Shown one piece after another: positions 20,810-31,090 of a stretch of DNA of 64,000 nt; position 1 is the first letter of the stretch, and each line of letters starts with the position of its first letter. The stretch lies in the NCBI GenBank assembly GCA_004431415.1, contig QPMI01000395.1, positions 682,001 through 746,000 on the forward strand, read 5' to 3'. The notes under the pieces are model-generated. The model had not been told where the DNA came from. It worked only from the letters and a program-made list of their open reading frames with translations, and did not search any database. Source of the DNA: Cyanophora paradoxa CCMP329 (taxonomy: Eukaryota > Plantae > Glaucophyta). Position numbers and translations under genes: made by a program.

Positions 20810-23589
20810 TCAAATGAACAGAAGAGAGTCGCCCTGCAGCAGGACGCCCCGCGTTGCCAAGGCGGTTACGAGGAGGGGGCACTCCCCGTCCTCCCAAAAT
20901 AGCCACGTCTCTTCTGACCCCAGAACCTCGTCCTCGAGGAGTCTCCGGGCCGCGAAGTCCGTCCGCGGCCTTAACTGCCGCAGCTGCGCCGCCGCCCGCT
21001 CCGCGAGGGCCTCCAGAGCCTCCGCAAACACCGCCCCGCGCGCCGTGTCGCTCAGGAGGTCGAAGAACCCGCGCCAGAGCCCGTCGGGGTTCGCGGCCGT
21101 CGAGACGGCGCTGATGCTTCGCTGTGCGCGGGAGCCCGCGCTGCTGGCCGATGCGCGGGCGAGGGCGTCGGCGACCCCGCGGACGCCTTGGTCGGCCGAG
21201 ACGATGAGGAAGCGGGTGCGGGCCGGCAGCAGCGCGTGCAGCACCGCGGCCCGCACATGCACATCCGGCTCGAACCCCGTCGCAGCCGGAGAGCGCCGCG
21301 GCACTCGCAGGAGCACCACGTCGGGGCGCTCCTCGCCCCGCGCGAGCCGCTGGAACTGCTCCTGCGAGCGCGTCAGCATCCTAGCGGGGCAGCAGGGCGA
21401 GTCGAGTCGGGGCGGCGAACCTCGTTCGGGGGGTCCTCGTGGTAGAAGACCAGTACCCGGGCGAAGAAGAGGAACGACGGGGCCTCGAGGAGAGATGTGA
21501 TCGCATTCTGGTCGTTCTCGTGGTCGATGAAGACGACGAGCTCGAGCGCTGGCGGAGGGAATCAGTCAGAACCGAGCCAAGCGAAGCGGAGCGGCAGCCG
21601 GCGCACTGTCTTGATTGCGCACACGCAGGTCGCGAAGCGCAGCCTGCAGCATCACTGGCTGCCCCGCTGCCACCGAAGCCGAAGCGAGATCGCCGTCCGA
21701 CAGCGATGGCGACGCGGCACCCTCGCGCTCCTCCCGCCGCAGCCTGCGGGGGGAATGAGTATGGCCGGCCGGCGCGGAAACGGAGAGCGAACGGCCGCAC
21801 GCGTCGCTGTAAGCATCAAAAACTGAGGAGCCCTGGAGCACGACGCCGCGGCGGGCGATCCCTGCCACCAGGAACGGCCAATCTGCGTCCTTCCAGAAGA
21901 GCAGCGCCTCCTCGGGCCGCAGCACATCGTCCCACAGGAAGTTGGAAGCCGCGAACTCCGTCCGCGGCCGGAACTGTCGAAGCTGCGCCGCCGCCCGCTC
22001 CGCGAGGGCCTCCAGCGCCTCCGCCCGCACAGCAGCGCGCGCCGTGTCGCTTAGGAGCTCAAAGGCCGTGCGCCAGAGCCCGTCGGGGTCCGTCGAGGCG
22101 CAGCGGACGTCCCGCTGCGGGCGGAGGCCCGCGCTGCTGGACGAGGCGCGGCCGAGGGCGTCGGCGATCTCGCGGACGCCTTGGTCGGCCGAGACGATGA
22201 GGAAGCGGGTGCTTGCCGGCAGCTGCTCGTGCAGCCTCGCCGCCCGCACGGCCAGCTCGAAGTCCGCCCCGTTTTTGCGCCGGGGCGCCCGCACAGGCAC
22301 GACATCCGGGCGCTCCTCTCCCCGCGCGAGCCGCTGGAACCGCTCCTGTGCGTGTATCGGCAACACAGCGGGGCGGCAGGGCGAGGTGGGGTGGCTGACC
22401 TCGTTCGGGGGGTCCTCGTGGTAGAAGACCAGTGCCCGGGCGAAGTGAAGAAACGAGGGCGCCTCGAGGAGGGCCGCGGAAGCGTCCTGGGCGTTCTCGT
22501 GGTCGATGAAGATGAGGAGCTCGAGCGCTGAGGGGCGGAGTCGGGCGCGGCCGAGATCAACGAAGCGGAGCGGCGGCGGCCGGCGCACCGTCTTTGTTGC
22601 TCACACGGAGATCGCGAAGCGCAGCCGACAGCTGTACTGGCGACTGCACACTCCGTTCCTGCAGCACCACTGGTCAGCGGCCACCGGTGCGGCGGGGCGA
22701 GGTGGGGCGGGGCTGCGAACCTCGTTTGGTGGATCCTGCAGCACCACTGGACGCTCCCCGCTGAATTCCTCGGGCTTCGCTGGCAGGTTCCTTCTCAGCG
22801 CCGGAGACGCGGCGTCCTCCGGCCTCAGCCTGCGCCGAGGCGGTCATCGTTGGCTTTCGGTGAAAGGGAAGGCGGGCGGAGTCGCACGCACGTCTCGCTG
22901 GACGACGGTGGAGGGGACGCGGACTTGACGGGCGTCCATGTGCGCTCCCCGCCAGGAGGCGGGGACGCGGGGCGCCACAGCCTACGTGAGCACAGGAGGC
23001 GAGATGGATTGGGCCCGTCGGACGGCGGGGAAGTGGACACGGGCGACTCAGAGGACCCCTCCTGGGAAGTGCGTGAGGGCGCAGAGACGACACTTCGTGC
23101 GCGTGCACTCACATTGCGGCCCTTCGGAGTCGGCCTTCGGATCGGCGTCCCCGGGGGAGTAGCGCTGAGGTTGGAAGGTGGCGCCGTGGCCCTTGAAGGC
23201 GTCGCCGGGACACTTGAAGGCGTCGTCCACGTCGAAGACGATGCAGTGCTGGTTCTGCTCAAAGGCGATGCACCGACCAGCGAGGGACACCTTGACGAGT
23301 CTCGGTCGTCCTTGTCGTCTATGGCCAGCAGCAGCCCGCCCCTGCGCCCAGGGCAGCCTGTGTTAGCGCCCCAAGAAGGAGGGCGCGGCGGGTGGTGGCA
23401 ATCGTCGCACGTTTCGAAGATTGGAGAAGCCGAAGACGACTCTGGCGCGGGCTCTGCGAGGCGAGCTTCAGCGACGCGGTGCTGCGAGCGACGGCGTAGG
23501 TGAATGCGCACCGATGGTCTGCGCCGACGCCATCTGCGCGTCTTCGGTCGACCGCAACTTTTCAGAAGGATCGGAGCTCCACAGGACAT
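20810..23589 (-). CDS. Protein with an unknown N-terminus and two tandem PIN/NYN-like nuclease modules, each followed by a small helical (wHTH-like) domain
   Basis: Module at ~21820-22530: IFIDHEN...RKNGADFELAVRAARLHEQLPASTRFLIVSADQGVREIADAL...RPRTEFAASNFL...RGVVLQG. This has the PIN/NYN acidic pattern (hhhDxEN, xADF, hhSxDxG). The second module at ~20810-21550 is in frame after one intron. The 5' exons are uncertain. Confidence 0.7.
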
Positions 23590-24602
23590 CGAACTGTCGG
23601 GACAGCTTGCGCGGCTGCGCTCCCCGCACGGAACTCACCCGACTGCCCAGAAGTTTTCGTCGGGAGCACGCACCCTCAAGCTTGTCCCATACATGGTCAG
23701 TTTACTACACAAGTCGCCTTAAGCTTGCGGTCCCCAGGACGCCCCCCGTACGGCTTCGCAAGGTATTTTACTTCGGCCCAGGACGCTTTCAAGGACGTGA
23801 CAATCAGCATGGCTCACCCCGTGTGCTTGGTTTCCGTCGATTTCGACGTCCCTGGGCGTGTGCGCCGTGCCGCGCTTGCGCTTACGCCGACAAGTCGGAC
23901 AAGTCTCCGACAAGACAGGCCTGGGGTACGACAGACAACTGGCGAACAGGTTCATCAGAAGCCTAGGCCTAGGCCTGGCGCCGCGCCGCGGCGGCCGGCG
24001 CCCAGATCTAGAATCGGCCTAGCTTGGCTTGCGCATGCATGCCAGTTGGTTACTAGTACTACTAGGGTAATTAGGCTAACGTTAACGTTGCAATTGGCAT
24101 GCGCGCGCAGGCGCAGCGCCGCCAACTTACAAGTTGGCCATTTTGCAAGCTTTAAGCCTTGAAGGTGCAAGGTGCTCGGCCCGGCGGAGCTCGAGGCGCG
24201 CGGAGCATGATCATGATCTAGATCCGCGAAACAGAACGGACTGCTTACTCGAACTTGAATCATTTGAATAGAATAGAATAGAATCACAACCTACGGGGCC
24301 CGGGGGGATCGCGGCCGCTCGCCCCACCGTAGTCTCTCTAAAAAGGGAACTTCGGAAAATACGTCTTGAAAAATCTGCAGCTGTATGATATCGATAGGGT
24401 CATAACTTAGTGACTCAAAATCGAAAACAGAAGAGAATATCGCGCATTTAATTTGATGATCAGGATCCGGCTCCGATCAGCGCTTCCGAGCACTGGCCTA
24501 GATCAGAGCACTCAATACCGAAAAGATAAGCTCCGAAAAAGATCAGGGCTGCCGAGCACCGTGGCACTGGCCTGGATTAAAGCACGGGCCGAGCGCGTCG
24601 CT

Positions 24603-27600
24603 CTAGATGCTGGAAAAAGCAGGGTCCGGATCCGCGACGCCGCCGTTCCTTGCGACGCCGTCGGTCTTCCCCGCCGTGTTCTCGCTGCTGCCGCTCCCGC
24701 TGCACCACCTCCTCCACGCCCAGTAGGCAGCGAGGCCGATGAGGGCGAGGACGAGGATGCCGACAACGACCGCGACAGGGATGACCCACGCCGGGACGGA
24801 GTTGGAGGAGGCGGGCGCGAGCGGGAGCGAGCCAGTGGAAGGGGGGAGGGAGACCTCCACCCAGGCGCAGGAGGGGGCGCGCAGGGAGCGGCGGCGGCCC
24901 AAGCAGCCAGCGGGGATGAGGCGGATGGACGTGACCGTGAAGCCGCGGGCGGCGAAGGCCGCGGCGCTGGACTCGGCGAAGCGAGAGCCGTTGAGGGAGA
25001 TGTACTCCGAGATCTGGCCGAGGCTCTTGCCCTCTGCAGGAGCGGAGCGTCAGAGCCGAGAGAGGGCTGGACGAATGCGGGCGCGTACCCGTGCTCTCCT
25101 CGATAGCGACGGTGATCGCGAGTGCGGCGGACTGCAGGAGGGCGCGGGCGGCCGGGGGGGTACGGCGCGGCACGGCCTCCACGGCGGAAACCGAGAGGCG
25201 GGAGCGCTCGACGGGGGGCGGCGGGTCGCTGAGGGCCGCCGCGAGGGCGTTCACGAAGGGCTCCTGTGGGTAGATGTTTTAGATATTAGATCGACACAGC
25301 GCGGGGTACGATGCACCCGCTGCGCTTCGAAGGCGGAGGGGGATGGATCGCTGCTCCCGGGTAGGCGCTCCACAGTAACGTTCAGAAACAACTCGAGGCC
25401 GGCTGCGGGGGAGAGGGGAGGGAGGGGGATAAGAGTCAGGGTCTGGGGGAGGATGGGGGGTACAGGGGTGCGGCGGACCCGCTGGCGTCGGGCTGGGGGT
25501 TTCGCTGGGGCTGGGGCTGGACTCAGCTGCAGAAAACGTGAGGAGAGGATTGGGAGGGGGGGGGGGGGGGGGAAGGGAGGAAGGCAGGGAGGGGAGAGGG
25601 GGGGGAAGGGGGGGGGGAGCGGACCCACTGGGGTCGGGGTAGGGGTAGGGATCTCGGTTTCGCTGGGGCTGGGGCTTGGGGTAGAGCTGGGGCTTGGGCT
25701 TGGGCTTGGGCTCGGCTCGAGCTGGCACCGGCCGGGCAGGACGGGTAGCGTAAAGTTGCCGACGAGGACCACAGAGTAGGGCGAGGTGTCGCGATTGACT
25801 TCGGTGGCGTTCACGGAGACGGTCACAGGCCCGCGCGTCGTCGCTGGGAGATCTGTACGCTCGACAACGTTGACTTTTTCTTTGCTCTGGGGTACGACAT
25901 CAGGGGGTCTGCTCTGAAGCTGAGGGGAGGAAAAGCAGGGAACGAACCGTTAAGCCGTTGGGGTACACGAGAATGCCCTCTCTGTGGACCTGCGGGGGAA
26001 GACGGTGAGGTCAGATGGTGAGGGCAGATGATGGGCGAGGCGCAGCGCGGTCGCTCGCCTGTACAAGGAGGTCCAAATCGTTGACGAGGTTCACCTGGCT
26101 GTTCGGGGCCGCGGGCGGGTCGATGTACACGAGGACGGCGCGGAAGGCGCCCGCCGCGTCCACGCAGAACGCGAAGGTCTCGCCCGCCGCGGCGGCCGTC
26201 CCGCTGTGGACCCACAGGCTGCGCCGCGGTCGGCCGGGGCGGCGAGCACGCCGGCGCGGGGGCGGAAAGGGGCGCACCTGAACGGCGAGTCCTCGAAATA
26301 GAGGGCGTCGGTGGCGACGGGGCGGCCCCAGCCCTGCACGCTGCGCCCGCCGGAGTCAGTCAGCGAAGAAGGGCGAGCCGCGCGAGCTGACTCGTTGGGG
26401 CGCTCAGTCTGGAGCTCCCGTTGCTCGCCCTCGATCCCGTCGACGACGCCGTCGAGCATGCGGGCGGACGCGTGCAGCACGGCCCGCACCAGCGCGCCCG
26501 ACGGCTCGAAACCGTCCCCGGGGGTCCTGACCCCGGAGGGGTAGAACCTGCGTCGAGGCGCTCAGGGCGGGCGCGGGGGAGGTGGGAGGGGGGGAGGAGA
26601 CGAAGGACGGGGGCGAGAGCGGGGGGGGGGGGGTGAGGGGGGATGGAGGCCGGGAGAGGGGGGGAGGGGGAGGGGGTGGGGGGCGGGGGGGCGCACCCTT
26701 CAACGAAGTACTGACGGACCAGCACCGCTAGGCCAGCGAGCTGCGCAAGCGATCACATTCCGAAGGGGAAGGAAGGTGGAGGGGAGTGGGGAGGGGGGGT
26801 GGGGGGGGGGTAGTCGGGTCACACCGCGGGGGCGGCGAAGGAAGTGCCCTCCTCGGCGGTGAGGGCGGCCTCAGGCGTGCACTGATTCGTCCTGCGGCCG
26901 CTCGGTGGCGCGGGCGGAGGGAGGGAGGGAGCGGGCGCCAGTGAGAGAACGCACGACCAGTTACCGTCGCTCCGCGCCGAAACGATGGAGAAGCCGGGCG
27001 CCTGCGAGGCTTTAGGCGCTGCGGGGACAGGCGCGATGGCCGGCCGGACGGACCAACAAGTCGGGCTTGATGCGTCCGTCGCGTGTAGAGCCTCGGGACG
27101 ACTTATCTGCAGACATGAAGCAAGTCGACGTGGGAATGTATGTCGAGTTCGGGCGGCGCGCACAGTAAACGTTGGCCTCGTTCAGGGTCATCTCGTCGAC
27201 AACGCCGCAGCACTTTGCTGAGAAACGAGTCGTGAGCGGTAGCGGGCGAAGGGCGGGCACAGGCGGCGGGCGGGCGGCACACCGAGCATGTCGGCACGAA
27301 GCGCATGGCCGGCGATGGAGCACGAGACGTTCCGGCACTCTTCTGCGCAAGGCGCTGGTGAGCGGAGAGAGCGAAGGCGAGCGGGGCGAGCAGGCCGTAC
27401 CCAGGTCGGCGGCGAAGCGGCCGGCGGAGCGCCAGGACTCCAGCGAGTTGTGCGAGGCCCCGACGGCGACGCAGTTCTTGCAGGTCGCCGGCTGCGCTCG
27501 AGCTGTGGGCGGCCGAGGCTCGCGCGGCAGCGCGGCGGCGACAGAGGCCTCCGCACCTCGACGAGGGTCCCCTCTTCGGCTTCGAGGCCGTAGTTGCCCA

Positions 27601-29651
27601 CCGCGACGAAGACCAGGAAGTCCTGCGGCCGGTCGGTCGGCCCGGGCCCGGGCGCCGGCACCGGCAAACCGCAGGGAGCGCACGGGGTGCTCGAGGGCGA
27701 ACTCGTCTATGTCGCGGGCTCTCGGCGAGTACCGGTCGCACATTTCGGAGTCGTAGAAACCCTCCTTGTAGGGGTTGCAGCCCCACTGCGGGCCAGAGGC
27801 GTCGGGCGCCGGGACCGGACCGCGCGGACCGCGCGGCAGCGGCGCACCGAAAGCACGACGACGCGCGCCCCCGCCTACCGTCGACGTCAGGACTGCGCGG
27901 CGCGTCGCGGCGCGGCGACAACCGGGCGCGCACCTCGTACACCGGCGAGAGGGTGCCGTTCTTGAGCTCGCCGGCGCCTTCCATCATCACGTACTCGCCC
28001 GTCCCGCTCGGAGCGAGTAGGCCGTGGAACACGATGGCTGCCTCGGGGGCCACCCCGTCGTACCGGCCGACCTGCCGCCGCGGAAACGTAAGCGTTCGAG
28101 ACGAGACGGGGCGCGGCGCGGGCGGGTGCACCGCGGCGCGCTGCGTGGCGTTCGGCCAGTCGGAGGGGACGCGCCCCGCGACCGTCGCGGCCACGAGCGT
28201 GCCGTGGCTCCAGCGGGGGTCCTCGAGGGCAACCGCACCGGGCGCCAGCTGGTACTCCTTTACCTGCGCGGCGCTCAGGTCGGAGGGCGCAGAATGGAAC
28301 GAGACGAAAGGCTGGCCTTGCGGCGGGGCCCCGGCGGAGCGGTGCGGTTGGCGCCGGCGCGCAGGGCGGCGGCGAGGGCGGAGGCCGTGTCGTTGCCGTC
28401 CTCGAGGAAGGCGCAGTGGTCAAAGTCCAGCACGTCATCCACGACCTGAGGGGTGCGCGTGAGGGGCGCAGACAGGATCCAGTGGCTCGCGCACCCCGAC
28501 GACCTGGCCTTGCCCGCGTAGGCCCCTCGACCACAGCGCGTTGCTCGCCGGCTCGCCGTCGCCGACGCCTGCGCCGCGTCAAAGGGCAGGGGCGGCGCGC
28601 AGCAGCGGCACTGGATCGAACCGGAAGCGAGGAGAGTCGCGGCGTGCGCGTTCTGAGGACGCACGGGTCGCTGCACCTCGATCCAGACAATCAGCGGCTG
28701 CGGAAGAGAGTGTTAGACGGTGCAGTCACAGATCGCAGAGGCCGGGCGCGGCGCACCTCCTCAGCAAGCCGGGCAGCGAGGCGGGCGGCCGGGGCACCGC
28801 CGGGGTAGACGCGCAGCCCCTCGAGCAGGGGCGAGACGGCGACCCCGGCCCCCAGCTGCGGATCCTCCCTGAGAGAGGCCTCCAGGCGTGCTGCCGCGGG
28901 CCGGAACGTCAGGGGACGGCGAAAGCTGAGGAGGCGGAGAAGAGCGGACCCGCGTACGAAGGCAAGTCCGGGACGCCGAGCGTGTGGGCCAGGAGCGGGC
29001 CCCGGGCGGCGGCGGCGCCAAGCGCCACCCGGTCCTCCGGTTGAAGCACGTCCACCCACGTCACGCCCGGCGCGGTCCTGCCCGGGAGCGTGAGCGGGGC
29101 GGGGCGGGGCGGGGCGGGGCGGGGCGGGGCGGGGCGGGGCGTGGCGTGAACGCACAGCAGACGCTCAGCCTGCTCCAGGGTGCACGCAACGAGGTAGCCG
29201 CCGTTCGGCACGTAGTCCCCGAGGCGAACGCCCGCCGCCGCCTCGATGGCGGCTCGCGCCTGGGGAGTCGGGCTTCTGACGTGAACCTGCAGGCGGCGGC
29301 TCGGACTGGTCTCGCGCGGCAGCGAACGCACAGCGCACCAGATACACGAGCAGCTGATCCGCGACCAGCTGAGCGCTCATGGAACCTTGGCGCTTGGACC
29401 TGTCACTAGCCAGCCGCGCGCGAAGGCGGGCGTGGTGCTCGAGGGGCGGCCGTCGCCCCGCATCGATTCTGCGCCCGTTTGCGAGGCAGATCTGCGAGCG
29501 CGTAATTGAGCTCGCTTGCGTTCGCGCAGGGACTTCGGAGCTCCACCTCGTTGGGCTCATGGCACGCCCCGCGGTGCCGGTGATGGGCTATGGCACACGT
29601 CGAGCATAAAAAGAGAGCGATGAGAGCGACCCGGGGGACGGACGAGGGCAT
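24603..29651 (-). CDS. Type I membrane-anchored subtilisin-like serine protease (S8, KP-43/TagC-like subfamily), multi-exon
   Basis: Signal peptide MPSSVPRVALIALFLCSTCAIA. Catalytic Asp in GLRGQGQVVG|VVDDVLDFDHCAF, His in SHGTLVAATVAG, Ser in EGTSFAAP. Also PATCKNCVAVGAS, SSRGSTRDGRIKPDL, PSGALVRAVL, QGWGRP, LVNDLDLLV, an SP/TP linker and TM helix WVIPVAVVVGILVLALIGLAAYWAW. Confidence 0.9.
29094..29140. repeat. (GGGGC)n microsatellite in a subtilase intron
   Basis: About 9 tandem GGGGC units. Confidence 0.85.
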
Positions 29652-29732
29652 GACATCGAGCGGCGCGCTGGACGACGGGTGCTTTACCTGTACCCGGCAA
29701 GTGTTCGGCTGAGAATTGGCTCAGAATCGCCT

Positions 29733-30660
29733 GCGCGTATCCGGCCGCCTCGGCGGCCTCGCCCGGGCGCTCGCTCCGCCGGCCTTGCCGGGCCGCTCGC
29801 GGCGCTCGCCGCGCATCGGCGCCCCCGCGCCCGCGCGCCCTAGGCCTCGCTGCCGCCGTCTCGAGCTCTAGATCTAGATCTGATATCGATCATGAGCTCG
29901 CAGCGGCCGGGGCGGCGTACCGCGCGGCGGCGCGGCGTACCGCGCGGCGGGGGCGAAGGCGGCGGGGCGGCTGTTTCCGGTGGCGGCGCCGGGCGGCGGC
30001 CGCGGCATCGTGGAGCGGGTCTGGGAGGAGGCGCGGGCGGTGGAGGACGTGCGAGTGGTCCCGCGCGAGTTCGAGACGACGGAGACCGTCCTCGAGGCGG
30101 AGCTCGAGGAGCGCACCCGCACCGTCGAGAAGCTCGGTGCGCCCCGGCCCGCCGGCTGAACGCGGGCGCCGGCGCGCTGTGCTGACGCGTGGCGCGCAGA
30201 GCCCTTCGCGGCGACAAAGATGGTCACCCGCACGCGATACGTTCCCGGCCAAGAAGACAGAGCCCGTCCCGGCCCGTCCCGGCCCTCTCACGGGGTTACG
30301 GCAGGTGCGGGAGGAGCCGGAGCGCTACGAGCGGGTCGTGCACGACCGCAAGGCGGCCTACAGCGCCGACCGCGCCGGCCTCGCGCGCGCCGGCGCCGCC
30401 GAGGCCCTCGCGGCCTCCGCCCGCTCCGCCGCCGTCCGCGCCCTCGAGGAGGCCGCCGCCGCCGGGCCGCGCCCGCTGTCACAGTGTCGTCCGCGCGGCG
30501 CACGCGGCGGCGGCGGCGGCGGCGGCGCCGGGGCTGGCCGGGGGCCCTCGCGGCGGCGCGGGCGCGGGTGGCCGGGCCATGGAGGCGGATCCGGACCGTC
30601 GGACGTCGACGGGGCGGCGGGCAGCGCGGGACGCGGACGTGGCTCCTCCGGCGCGTCCCC
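29733..30660 (+). pseudogene. Truncated, degenerate type-B dynamin-like fragment (3' half only, tip exon deleted)
   Basis: Aligns with B1 ~12070-13240 (VERVWEEARAVEDVRVVPREFETTET, VREEPERYERVVHDRKAAYS). No GTPase exons, the tip is missing, and there are many small insertions. Confidence 0.85.
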
Positions 30661-31090
30661 GTGCGTGAATCTGTCTTCTATTGATATCGATGCTTGAAAA
30701 AGAAATTTTATAATTTGTATATAATTGTATTTGTTTTCAATCTGCGGGTTGTAAAGCAAAGAAAGGAGTGCAGGTTTTCCATCTTAAAAACTGCTCACAT
30801 GCACGGACACGGCGCCCTAGTATCTGGCGCCGTCGACAGCCTAACTACCTGAATCCCATCTCTATCTCTGTCTACCTACCTAGATCTCCTATCTCTATTA
30901 TCTACATATCTAGCGATAGTGTAGATCTCCTACCGGGGAAGGCGAAGGCTCCTACCTATCTATCTCCTCTTCTATTTGAAGCGTACCAGAAGATAGGGAA
31001 AAAGTTAGAAAGGGAAGAAGGGAAAGGGAAGGGAAGTCGACCAGAAGTCAACTAATTATAAGCGGAAGGGAAGCCGCGCCTGGCAAGCTT

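Noticed and set aside
24460-24590. Small direct duplications (also 13755-13940)
   Set aside because: These are local 3'-UTR duplications with no sign of function.
30840-31050. Pyrimidine-rich then purine-rich tract (CTAT/CTAC, GGGAA repeats) as telomeric or regulatory
   Set aside because: It is irregular low-complexity sequence between convergent genes with no consistent unit.
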